64,000 nucleotides of DNA. Source: Daphnia carinata. Its lineage: Eukaryota. Location of the stretch: NCBI RefSeq assembly GCF_022539665.2, contig NC_081333.1:10664001-10728000 (forward strand), written 5' to 3'. Below are positions 24,094 to 36,277 of this stretch, in pieces. Each line of letters starts with the position of its first letter. The first letter of the stretch is position 1. Position numbers and translations under genes: made by a program. The notes under the pieces are model-generated. The model saw only the letters and a program-made list of their open reading frames with translations, was not told the DNA's origin and made no database searches.

Positions 24094-25334
24094 AATGTAT
24101 TGTCGCAGAAGATGTGCATAATTTTCCATTTGTTCATAATTAGTCAACATATTAAAAATATATGGTAATAAAAGAATTCAATTAATGCAGAAAGAAATTC
24201 TTGAGATGGAACCAGAACACTACCGTCATGTGGCGACGATTGACCAACATTATAAGAATAACTAATGATTTGGGAGAATTATAGATACTGGTCACCGAAT
24301 TGGTGCTACCTTTTTTCTGTGAACAAGTATAGGGAAGATTATTCCAGTTTTAGCATGTGCACCAATTAGGCTTTGCTAGCCTTCAGATAACCGTTAACAC
24401 CTTCCGCCGTCAAGAATAATGTTCAAATCTATTTTTTCAAGTTAGTGGTTTGTCTTTTATAAAAAGATAGGTCAACCTTAGAAGACAATGTCAAAGGTAA
24501 AGAGATGGTGTTTCTTTTGCATGAGCTTTAGGTTGGGCAACCTATTGTGAGAGATAACTTGGATTAAGTTGAAGAGCTGCACATCCATTAAAAAAACATA
24601 GTTTTCATGCGAAGCGCTTTTAGTACCCTAGGAAATACAAATAGTCGACAGAGACAGGTTTGAAAGCAGCAACCGGGTGGCTTTTCTTTTACAGCCAAAC
24701 CATCTGTAACTATGTAACTAATCGGGCTACTTACCCCGATAGAAACCTGACGGGGCACTGGGCTAAAAACAGGCAAGCCCTTACCTTACCTTATCTACAG
24801 CCCCGTAAATGATGAATTCAGGATGAATCACCAAGTTTTTTTCCTTCACACCCCGTCGGCTTTTAATCGGGGTGTGGAAACGCGGAGCCAACTCTGATTG
24901 CATAAAGCGATCGAGGGTAATCGATTACAGCCGTAAAATCGAAATGCATACCCCTATTGTAAACTTCAACTGTTCCTCTCTCTACTACGCTTACTCTGAT
25001 TTCTATTCGAATTCCTAACCCGAAACTTGGTCATGGTTCAAACAAGGTTTTTTCCCGTCCCACTCCTCTAACGAAGTACACACCGATCGTCTATGATTGG
25101 GGTTTTTCCTAGTGGGGCAGGAACCCGATTATAGACATCGGGGCTTAGAAACCCGTTTTGGCCCGATTGGCTTTTCTTAGCTTTTCGACAAGAAGAGGCT
25201 TCGGTACGTTCTTCCAAGTGGAGAAAATCTGCCGACTAACGTCAACGAAATTTCTGCACTTGCGTAGCGTGCAGTAGTAGACTTGAGTTTTGTATAATTT
25301 CATACGATTTGGTTGATACTGCTGGTAATTGAAA

Positions 25335-26692
25335 ATGCCGGTTGAAAATCTGGAACATGAAGGACTTGCGAAAAACCCCAACCTAGAACTGGCTCAGTAC
25401 AAATTCTACCTGACTCTTGATCAACACAAGAATGATGCCTCCGTAAAACAAAAGCTTATGGATGCAATTCGTGCGGACGGTAAATATTTCTTATTTCTAA
25501 ACATTCTGAATTTATTTTAAATCTACAATGATGAAACAGACATGGCACCATTTTATGAAGAAGTTTGCAAAGACCTAAACTGGACTGTTGATGCTCCCCT
25601 GCTTAGTGGGATGAAAGAAAGAAATGAGGCTAAACTCAAAGCTTTAGATGCTGCCATTGAAGATGCAGAGCAAAATCTTGGTGAAATGGAAGTTAGAGAA
25701 TCAAATTTGAAGAAGGCTGAATTCCTTTGCCGAATAGGGAACAAGGATGCAGCACTCTCTGCATTTCGCAAAACCTATGACAAAACAGTCTCTCTTGGTC
25801 ATAGACTTGATATCATTTTTCATAACATTAGAATCGGGTTATTTTATGTAGACCATGACTTAGTGACCAGGAATATTGATCGTGCAAAGTCGCTCATTGA
25901 AGAAGGAGGTGATTGGGACAGGCGTAATAGACTCAAAGTTTATCAAGGACTCTATTCAATGGTTATCCGGGACTTTAAAGCAGCTTCTGGTTTCTTTCTG
26001 GACACTGTTTCAACTTTCACTTCTTATGAACTAATGGAATATTCTACCTTTGTTCGTTACACGGTTTATATGGGGATGATTGCGCTACCCAGGAACCAGC
26101 TACGCGACAAGGTATGTTTAATAGGTGTTTCTTGTTTATCATTTTGCGTGGATTAATATTTCAGGAGCTTTCAGATCGTTCGAGGCTCTGAGATCTTGGA
26201 AGTGTTGCACAGCCTTCCCGATGTCAAAGACTACTTGTTTTCTTTGTACAACTGCCACTACGCCGACTTTTTCATCAATTTGGCCAAAGTGGAGCAGCTT
26301 ATGAGAGAAGATCGCTACCTCGCTGCTCATTACCGATACTACGTCAGAGAGATGCGAATTCAAGGTTACACCCAACTCCTCGAATCATACCGAAGCCTCA
26401 CTTTGACCTACATGGCTCAAGCCTTTGGAGTTACCGAAGAATATATCGACAAGTAGTTCTTCAATTTCTGAATCTATTTCATTGGTAATTACTAATAACA
26501 TTATTTTATATAAAAAGGGAACTTGCTCGCTTTATAGCTGCGGGTCGACTGCACTGTCGTATCGACAAAGTTGGTGGCATCGTTGAAACCAACCGTCCCG
26601 ATTCGAAAAACTATCAATACCAATCAACCATCAAACAAGGAGACGTTTTGTTAAATCGCGTTCAAAAACTTTCGCGTGTTATTAATATTTGA
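25335..26692 (+). CDS. PSMD6: 26S proteasome non-ATPase regulatory subunit 6 (Rpn7); 4 exons
   Basis: [102 protein letters not shown]. Confidence 0.97.
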
Positions 26693-27336
26693 ACCGTATT
26701 TCCTTTTTCAAAGTATTCTTTTTGTAATGAGTGGAAATGCAAAATCCAGCATCCAATCTTTTTCTCTCCGATTGTTAGTGAAGTAAACCCATATATCGAT
26801 ATCTAAACTGACGATGAAAGGACTAATTTTATTGAGGTACGCAATTAAAAGGACAGACAGTTGGACCTTTTTTTTTTTATTTTTCCAAAAATCAAAACCA
26901 ATATGCTTTGAAATTTATTTAGCGAAAATATCAAAACTGTACATGGATAAATGTTGGTACGTGCTCAATTTAATTTTAGCATACATTACCATATCTGATT
27001 ATGATACACATTAAAATACTTCAGTTAAGATACTCAAGACTGTTAGAAATAAATGTGTGCTTTGAATTGAGGAGACACATAGGTTAAGGCAAACAATTGT
27101 TAACATCCATATCAACCTAATGGTAGTTCACAAAGCAAAGATATTTACTTTTTGAAAAAGTATGTGAGAAGGAGACTAGCATCACTTTTCTAGTGATCCA
27201 ATAGAAGTATGGCATAGGTAGTAGATTGAATGACATATCACCCACAGAAATTGCAAAGAACATGGAAATAAACAGATTCAGCGCTAAAATTTGTTACGGT
27301 CTGAGAGTACAAAATTAAAGTCAAACAGCACACCAC

Positions 27337-28524
27337 TTAGAACTGATTTGTAAGCATTATTTGACAACCACAATTTATATGTTCCATCACCTGTTCTTTA
27401 AGACCACAAACCTGTTGCCTCAACTTGACAACAACAGTTCCTAGCTCACTATTATCATTCTTTAAGATTTTCACTTTGTCCTCCAACTTTGCAATTCTTT
27501 CTAGTTTCCTTCTGCGACACTTAGATGCAGCAATTCTGTTTCTTTGCCTTTTTCTTTCCAATTTGATCCTCTCCTGATCTTCCATATCGATGGGAGACAT
27601 GGGTGGAGAGCTACTGAGGGATGTACCACACCGAGGTTCTTCCTTAACAGGAATCTAAGAAATCCAAAGAATAAGCAATTAAATAAAGTTTCACTGTAAG
27701 CAGCAGGAAGAAAAATTATTGGCAACGAAACAAAAAGGTTGTCTAGCAAATGAAATAAATCGACTCCGTTTCATAACACAAGGTTTCATTTTTCTACAAC
27801 TCATTGGTTCAAATGGCAAGCCTGACCCAGAGGAGCCAAATACGGGAAAAACACTAAATATGTAGCCGTTAATAGAATGTGGGTATCTGCTTTTGTTACC
27901 GATGTTTTAAGAAAGAAACCAGAGTTTAAAAAAAGGGGCATTGCATGATAACGTTGGCATGGTTACCTGATGCATAGTGGTGGGATAGGGAGACAAAGAG
28001 GTGGGCGGCCGGGTTGCGGCTGCACCGAAGGGCGCAGCCGTCTGGGCGTTGTTGGCGGTGCTGGAACCGGTTTCCAAAATCGAATGGGGGTTTGGTTGTT
28101 GCTGGCCAGCAGACAAGATCTGGACTTGCTGCTGCTGTTGGGCTCCAGCTTGGTGCAGCTCGGCCAAGGCATCGTCGAATCCCCTCACGTACATCTCTTG
28201 GTCTCGCGTAACGGCGCGTGGGTTGTTATTATTACTACTGCTGCTGCTGGTTGTGTTGGTACCGGTGCTGGTTGGAGTTGGGTAGACAAAACCGCCGGGC
28301 GTTGGTGTGGCAGACAAGAGACCATTTTGCTGCATAATCAACTTTTCTAGCTCGGGCGATGGCAACTTGAGCATATTCAAATCGGGAGATGAAAGAAGAA
28401 CGTCGAATCTAGGTTTCTTCAGACGTGGACTATTCAGATCCAGAGTCAAACGCTTGCGAACTTCTTCTTTATTGTTGCTAGACGGGACGTAAGAACGCCC
28501 GTCATCGAAGAACGCCGTATCCAT
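27337..28524 (-). CDS. Jun: Jun / AP-1 bZIP transcription factor; 2 coding exons (28524-27967, 27654-27337)
   Basis: JNK docking and phosphosite region KRLTLDLN...[21 protein letters not shown]...[27 protein letters not shown]; b[42 protein letters not shown]. Confidence 0.96.
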
Positions 28525-28674
28525 GTTGTTGACAATGCCAAATGAAGCGATGGTGACCTTGGAAGCCAGCTTTTATTAAAAAACAATACACAGGCAAACG
28601 ATAGAAGTCTATGATGAACTGGAAGTAACAGTTGTTTGGCTAACGTCTTGTTCAGTCACAAACTCCGCAGCGAA

Positions 28675-28874
28675 TGAGTCATTCTCTGCTAGTGGAATCG
28701 GATAGTAGGGCTAGTAGGGCACTAACAAATACAAAGAAAGTATTCCTGGAGATGACGAAAGTTAGCTCTCTAGTGATTGGCTGATGTTGACGTCAGCGGG
28801 GCGTGGTGTTTTGCCCTCGCACACTACCTGGAACACGACTCGCTAGAAACTGCCGGCCCGGTAGCTATTTGTAG
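28675..28874 (-). promoter_or_regulatory. Jun promoter with AP-1, CCAAT, CRE, GC box and MEF2-like site
   Basis: TGAGTCA 28675-28681; ATTGG (CCAAT) 28776-28780; TGACGTCA 28788-28795; GGGGCGTGG ~28798-28806; CTATTTGTAG 28865-28874. Confidence 0.6.
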
Positions 28875-29534
28875 ATTGAGATCCCCGGCTCTTTTCTCGT
28901 TTTGCTATACTATAAATTTGGTAAAACTCGCCGTCGCAAATTTGTAAAATTCTTTTCAGGTAAACCAGTGGACTCCGATTGGCTTACACAAAAATAGCTG
29001 TTAATTTTCTACTTTCACAACTGAAATTTTGACGTTAGGCTCCGCTAGCATACAGACAAGAAAGGGCCTTAAACTATGGGGGAAAAAACGGACACTGTGA
29101 CTAGCGCCTGCAACGAGCTAGACAGCTACAATACGAGAACAGCGTTGATGTACAAATCGGGTTACGGCCACATTGTCCGCATCAAACTGAACTGAATGGA
29201 AAATTCTGCTTTTTCCTAGCTTATTTACTGGCGATTTCTTTTTTAGCTGAAGCTTGCCTACATTTTTATCTTTAAATATTATTTAAAAATATCGACCGTT
29301 TTGTCGATCATCAAACGATAACTAGGTCAATTTGCGTTGATCAACCGTTAGGGGAGCAGACGTCGCAATCTTTTTGCTAAGTTTCAACATGTGTACGGTT
29401 TTCGTTCGTACTTTAGCACTTTCTCTAATCGGGCAATATTTAGTAAATTTCTTGCGTATAGCAACGTGTCAATTTGGGTTGTAATAAAGCTTCTCGAAAA
29501 AGATCTTGCAAAAGTTTTCCATTACTTGAGAACC

Positions 29535-31462
29535 ATGCCAAAAAAGAGCAGTAATTCCAAGAGAGGCAGCTCCGCACACGCAAGTGCAGGACCAACTTCA
29601 TCGAAATCTGCAAATCATCAAGGTAAACGCAAAGTTATTTGGATCGTATTTCGTTTTGTTGATGTGTCTAATTTTCCTTGCATAGTGAAATCATCTGGAA
29701 GAGGTAAAGGTGAGCCACTGATTGTCTCTGATGAGGATTCGCAGCCTGACACAGTCAGTGTTGTAAGCTCAGTATCCGATAATCGGAGTGTTTTGGAGGA
29801 GGGTAAGTTCCTGATGGTTAAGAAGCCTATATGTTTTTTTTGTTGTTGTTTTTTTATGGTTTTGTTGTTTTTTGTTTTGTTTTTGTTTTGTGGTTTTTTG
29901 GTTTTTGGTTTTTTGGTTTTTTGGTTTTTTCTCTACTGATATATTTTTTATTAGTTAAATGCTGTGTTTTTAATTAGCTGCCTTTTTCCTATTTAGGTGG
30001 GGAAACTGATGAAAGAACGCAAGTGGAAATCCTTGAAGACAAATTGAAGGAGTTTATTGATTTAACTACACAAAAGTCTTCACAGGGTCGTGTAAATTCC
30101 TTTAATGCTCTTTGCCAAGCATTTAGTGCCAAATACATGCCTGATTTTGTGGCTGGTCGGCGCATGACTCTTTTGGATTGTGCGGAGAGGGGTATGAAAA
30201 AAGGAAAAGGAGCAGAGCAGGAATCAGCTGCCAAACTTATGGCACTTCTATGTCTTCAACTGGGTTCAGTTGCTGATAGTGAGTCAATCTACAGGGACCA
30301 CAAAACTTACCTCCTCTCTCTCATGGCTGATAAAAGTGCCAGCCCTGCTGCCCGCGCTCAGGTAAAATCTTAAGAAATATATGACTTAAGTTGTTTAGTT
30401 GTTTAAAATATTATGTACGAATTGCATAGGTCTGTTCTACGTTTGGCCTTTGTGCATTCCTGGCGGATTGCGACCTATCTGAAATAGTTCAAGTAATGAT
30501 ATCCCTCGAGGGCATTTTTAGCGCCAGTCTTCGGGCTCCCGAAAATACGGTTACTTCACCCGATGTACTTCGTCTTCATTCAGCCGCACTCAGCGCTTGG
30601 TCTCTATTACTAACTCTATTGCCTCCGCGGCATATTTACGATCTGAGTCAAACGTAATTATAGAAGAGACATATTTTTTTTAAAGTTCTTCGTATTTTGA
30701 TATTTTTCATTTTTTTAGTCATATTCGACGTCTAGTTCAGCTGCTCGATTCAACCGACGTTGATTTGCGTATTGGGGCCGGAGAAGCTATCGCCCTCATC
30801 TACGAGGGAGCTCGAGTATTTGATGAAGATTTTGGCTTTGACATATCTACAGAAGAAGAAACAGATGACCTTGATGGCATCCAGCAAACGGATTCAACTT
30901 CACGCCATACATCTGAAATGGATGAGTTGTGTACTAAGCTAAGACAGTTGGCAACAGATTCACATAAATATCGAGCAAAAAAAGATAGAAAGCAACAGCG
31001 CTCGAGTTTCAGAGATATTTTGCATGCTATTGAGGTAACCAGTACTGTTTAGCAAGCCGATATTGACAAATGTGAATTATATTAAACATTGAATAGGAAA
31101 ATGAGGCACCTGATGTCCGCATCAAGTTTGGCAAGGAAACACTTGATATAGACTCATGGGGATGCAAACACCAATATGATAGCTTCTGCCAGGTATGGTG
31201 ACCTTCAAAATACTGTTTCATAGCTTCCCAATTGATAACCAATATTTTGTGGTTACAGTTACTGGGGTCAGGAATGAATTTACATTTGGCGCAAAATGAT
31301 TTACTGCGGGAAATCTTCAATTTAGGAAATCCACTGTTGGACAACGCCTCCAACGTCGTCAAGATAAAGAAATTGGAACGCCATCATATGAATATGGCAG
31401 CATTCAAAGCCCGTTCGCTTACCCGAGGGAAAAATCGGGACAAACGAACAGCCGTTTTTTAG
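29535..31462 (+). CDS. IFRD1: Interferon-related developmental regulator 1/2 (IFRD); multi-exon
   Basis: LEDKLKEFIDLTTQKSSQGR; LHSAALSAWSLLLT; DVDLRIGAGEAIALIYE; LRQLATDSHKYRAKKDRKQQRSSFRDIL; LGSGMNLHLAQNDLLREIF; AAFKARSLTRGKNRDKR. Confidence 0.94.
29833..29930. repeat. T/G-rich low-complexity tract within an IFRD1 intron
   Basis: Degenerate (GGTTTTTT)n / (GTT)n repeats. Confidence 0.8.
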
Positions 31463-32026
31463 AACCTAAATCGGTTACCGTCGTGGTTGTTGGGAGTATC
31501 AAACCGGTTTTGCCTGAGATATATGCCGTTTTTGTTCATTCTCATCATGACATTGACATTTACTTTCAGTTATTTCTTGTTTAGTAAAATATCGTGTTTT
31601 TTTTCTGCTATTTTTCCCGACGAAAATGTTCGTAATGTTTCGGTGAAACTGCGTCAGGAATGGTTTGTAAAGTCATGATGCGTATCTTTGCCCTTTGACC
31701 ACATGATCTATGTAATCGTTAAGCGATTTTTTTTCTCGCTTGCAAAACCAAATCTAGATAAGAAAGCTTTTTTAAACAGAAACTTTTATGCGAGAACTGA
31801 TACTTCAAATCGATAGGCAGAGATATATTCTCAAACGCAAAAGTGTAAAACTAGGCTGTACGCCGTGACAATTAACATACTGTTGACGTTTAACGAACCT
31901 ACTCTTTAGTGGAAATACAAGAATTCTAAAAGCGCTAAACGAGTCGATTAAAACGATAAAAACCTACGATTTATTCAACACTATATTATTAAAGGGAAAA
32001 TGAATAGCTTACCTGCAATCAGCGAT

Positions 32027-34520
32027 TAATACTGAGTGTATCCTGCAAATTTTATCGAATTCCATGAGACATGGTTTTTGGCCGATTTTGACGAAAGTGA
32101 GAAGGGCCTTCCCACTTTTTCAATTTTGGCAAAAATCTAGATTTCATTAAAAATACATCATTTTGATCCGCAATTAAACGAGGATCGCAAAAATGGGCTT
32201 TGTTTTGACGTGGGACCGGTAGTTTTTGAATGAAACGTAATAAACGGAAGAACTTATTGTTTTGGCGTACGGGCATTTTCGTTCCATTTATTTCGAAAAC
32301 GACTAGTTTGATAATAAAATGTATTACATTATTTAAATCAGCATTCAATTCTGAGTACATCGCGCGGTTTTTATTGATTTCCAAGAGATTTTTGTTTTTG
32401 GCCGATTTTGACAAAAGTGAGAAGGCTATAGCCTTCCCACTTTTCCACTTTTTGAATAAAATATAGATTTCGTTAAAAGTGCCCCATTTCGATTGGAAAT
32501 TAAACGAGGATCGCGAAAATCAATTTTATTTTCTCGTGGGGCTGATAGCTCCGGAGTTATTTGACTTTACAGTGGTTGCGGACTGAAAAATAAGCCCGAC
32601 GAAATAAGCCCGACTTTTCAATATTTTTTTTTATTTAAAAAATACAGATATGGCATTAAAATGCGTTATGTTTTTTAAATCAACATTCAGTTGTGAACGT
32701 AATGCGTGGTTTTTATTGATTTCCAAGAGATTTTGGTTTTTGGCCGATTTTGACAAAAGTGAGAAGGCTATAGCCTTCCCATTTTTCCACTTTTTGACTA
32801 AAATCTAAATTTCGTTAAAAGTGTACCATTTCGATTGCAAATTAAACGAGGATCGCGAAAATCGATCTTTTTTTCTCGTGGGGCTAATAGCTCCAGAGTT
32901 ATTCGATTTTAAAGTGGTTCTGGGATTTAAAAAATAAGCCCGACAAAATAAGCCCGACGCTTCCTATTTAAAAATTATATCATTAAAGTGAGATACCTAT
33001 ACTTGATTTAGATTAAAAATTTAATAAGGAATACGAAAATGAACTTTTTTTAAAGCAGAATTTATGGTTTGGTAAAAAACTTTGATGTGTCACGCTAGCG
33101 CTCTAGTGTACTGGCGCGCTAGTCAGTTCTTCGATTCGGCAGATTGCAACGTGCCAAAACAGCACATTTTTTTTAGTTTATTTCCAAAATGGCTGGTTTG
33201 ACGAGAAAACCTCTAACATAATCGAACTCAGCTTTCAATTTTGGCTATGCCACGTGTTTTTTATCGAATTCCGAGAGACGTCGTTTTTTGCCGATTTTGA
33301 CAAAACTGGCCTTCTCATTTTTTCATTTTCGGCTAAATTTAAAATTTGGCTTAAAATATATGATTTCGATGCAGAATTGAATGCTTATTACGAAAATTAA
33401 TTTTTTTTTTTTCAATTGGTCTTGTGGTTAATTAAACGTACAAAACGAAAAAAGAAGAAAAGTCGGGCTTATCTAGTCGGGCTTATTTAGTCGGGCTTAA
33501 ATTTTTTTCTGCATAAACCGGAACTTATGAGAATTCGCTGAATATCATAAAATATACTCAAAATTGAATGTTAATTCCGATAAAATTGTTATTTTTTCAT
33601 TGAGTCGACCATTTTGGAAATACACTGAATATTTCTGCTGCGCTAGTGCTATAGCGTACTGGTGCGCTAGCATTGTGTCAAATGTTCGGTGTATTTAAAA
33701 AAGGATTGATCTAATGAAAAAATAGCAGTTTTCTCAGAATCAGCATTCAATTTTGAGTATATCCTGCGATATTCAATCAATGCCGATGAGTGTCAATTTT
33801 TGCACAAAGAATTTTTAAGCCCGACAAAATAAGCCGGGACTAAATAAGCCCGACATTTCAATATTTTTATTTTTATTTTTAAAAGTAAAGATATGGCATT
33901 AAATGCGTTACGTTTTTGAAATCAACGTACAGTTGGGAACGTAATGCGTGAATTTTATTGATTTCCAAGAGATTTTTGTTTTTGGCCGATTTTGACAAAA
34001 GTGAGAAGGCTATAGCCTTCCCACTTTTCCACTTTTTGACTAAAATCTAGATTTCGTTAAAAGTGCACCATTTCGATTAGAAATTAAACGAGGATCGCGA
34101 AAATCGATCTTATTTTCTCGTGGGGCTGATAGCTCCGGAGTTATTTGACTTTAAAGTGGTTGCGGGCTGAAAAATAAGCCCGACAAAATCAGCCCGATGA
34201 AATAAGCCCGACTTTTCAACATTTTTTTAGAGTTATTCTACTTTAAAGTGGTTGCGTTAAACCCACGTTGGTTGTTTACTGCGCTAAAAGCCTTTTTTTT
34301 AACTGCGTTGTATTTTAAAATCTTCATAACTTGAAATTTTATTTTGAATCAGCGTTTTATTGTGATTGTACTAGGTTAGGTATCATGTAAATTCCGGTCA
34401 AAATTTTAATCCCAATGTTTTTATACAAAAAGTTGGGCTTAAAAAATAAGCCCGATATTTCAATATTTTTATTTTATTTTAAAAAACACAGATATGGCTA
34501 TGAAATGGATTACTTTTTTT
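32027..34520. mobile_element. Complex repeat block (probable non-autonomous foldback/DNA-transposon derivative or satellite)
   Basis: Near-identical units starting TTTTATTGATTTCCAAGAGA at ~32368, ~32710 and ~33952, with diverged copies at ~32050 and ~33258. Reiterated AAATAAGCCCGAC motifs in both orientations. Long inverted repeat at 33460-33855. No transposase ORF. Confidence 0.7.
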
Positions 34521-34830
34521 AAATCAGACAGATTGCTAGGCATTTTCTAATGTAAAGAATAACCTTGTTACTTAATTCTATAGTACCAATCAGTATAAAA
34601 AAATAAAACAATCAATGCCAATGTGAAGAATAGCACACCAGAAATGTATTTGAGTTTAAGAGTATATTGCATGCATCATGGCTGTGAAATGGTGTGGAAT
34701 GGATATTCTGCATCATAAGATAACAACTACATTACCAGTAATCAATTTATCTCAATTAAAATTAAACAACCCCATTTTGTTAATTTGATAACTGATGTCT
34801 AGTTTGGTAACCAACCATTAAGGTTTTTTT

Positions 34831-35348
34831 TTAATTGCCTTGATTAGACGTATAAAACCTGTATCCCATTGAAGCCACAAATGCTAGAGACATTGGAATG
34901 AGCCATGATGCCCAAGAGGCAGGCTTTGTTTCTTCATCCTTTTTAGCCCAGTTTGCTGGATTTTTTTCATTGACCTTTTTCGCCTCATTCTGAAACGTTT
35001 CAAAACTAAGAGTTTATGTCAAGCAAAAGATATAATAGTTTTGATACCTCTGGGAGGCTTCCTATCAGGTAGTCCTTTAGAAGCTCTCGAGCATCAGTGG
35101 AATGCCCTACATCTTCAAATGGTTCTGTTGCATCATTTCCAGCTTGTTCCATCAGAACTTCTTCACCCCCAGGATGCTGTGTTCATGCATACAATTAGAT
35201 TAATAGTTTAATAAATGATCATTTTCACATTTACTTCTTCAAGAAACTTGGTCACGTTATACACATGACCGTGGATGGTTATCCATACGCCTGTTTTAGA
35301 ATCCTTGTGCTTTCCGACTTCTTCTAACGTAATAATTTTTCCAGCCAT
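34831..35348 (-). CDS. CYB5: Cytochrome b5 (tail-anchored); 3 exons, absent from the ORF track
   Basis: [81 protein letters not shown]|...[28 protein letters not shown]. Confidence 0.96.
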
Positions 35349-35494
35349 TTAAACACTAAAATAAAACCAGTTTGCCAACAAAGGCTCACGTAACTAGACA
35401 GGGGCAATAACGGAAATATTCGGGAGAAGCTCCAACTCGAAACCCACCCGGTCTTATAACAAACCTTTTTAACAGCCGACGTAACAATCTTGCC

Positions 35495-35515
35495 TATCGA
35501 TAAAACGCCATCTAG
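35495..35515. promoter_or_regulatory. DRE (TATCGATA) next to a CTCF-like CGCCATCTAG upstream of cytochrome b5
   Basis: Exact DRE palindrome at 35495-35502 and CGCCATCTAG at 35506-35515. Confidence 0.5.
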
Positions 35516-36059
35516 GTTCTACTTAAAGCATATTTATCATTCGAGCGGTTCAAGGTTGATTCGCTATCTAGCCCCCCTATTGTCATGTTGTAATGTCATT
35601 CATTCTTCAACTCCATTGAATGCTCGCCAGTTTCTATTTCTTCTAGCACATTAAGCGATTTAGTGTTCACGAAATTTTCAATAGCTAAACGGTTTTAAAA
35701 ATATAAACCTTGTTCTGGGCTGAGGGCGACGCAAGCGCACCACAGGGCTATGCAGTATACTTTGAGTTGTGACAATTGTGGTGCCATTGCCACTGTAAAA
35801 GAATAGCTGGGTGGCGTCCATCTGTAGGAACGGTGTGCATTTGAATGATAAGCCATCTATAAGGTAAAAATAAATAACAATGCACAATCAAAATTGAATG
35901 CTGATTACGATTAAGTTATTGGTTTTTTTGTTAAATCAACCGATTCTTAAATAAAAGAAAACAAAGTGCCGTTATTGCCCCTTAGCTAAGCTGGGGAGCA
36001 AGAAAATTTACTTCTTATTTTTCACGAGATCAGAAGTTTAATAAAATAAACGAAAAACG

Positions 36060-36277
36060 ATAAAAAGTTGGCGCGCTAGTACGGTACGTCGGATTCGTGA
36101 AGGACAATTTTCGATGTATTACAAAAACAGCTGCTTTAATGAGAAAACGAATAACTAATCCTGAACTCAGCGTATAATTTATAATGAAACATTTATTTTA
36201 TTATACCAAGTGGTATGTTTTTTTTTCGCCAAACTGTTGTGCTTGAAAATAAGCCCGACAAAATAAGCCCGACTTTT
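36060..36277. repeat. Remnant of the same AAATAAGCCCGAC repeat family
   Basis: GCGCGCTAGTAC at ~36071 and tandem AAATAAGCCCGAC x2 at 36247-36273, as in the 32-34.5 kb block. Confidence 0.65.

Noticed and set aside
25014..25020. CCTAACC as a possible telomerase RNA template for TTAGG repeats
   Set aside because: A 7-mer is expected by chance. No clear pseudoknot or type-3 promoter was seen. The (CCTTA)3 tract at ~24779 is not complementary to TTAGG.
32026..32046. ATACTGAGTGTATCCTG resembling miR-iab-4
   Set aside because: It is a variant of a segment of the local repeat unit (cf. 32350, 33753), with no hairpin and no Hox context.
32580..34460. Regularly recurring AAATAAGCCCGAC repeats as a CRISPR-like array
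   Set aside because: Eukaryotic context, intervening sequences are themselves repeated rather than unique spacers, and there are no cas genes.
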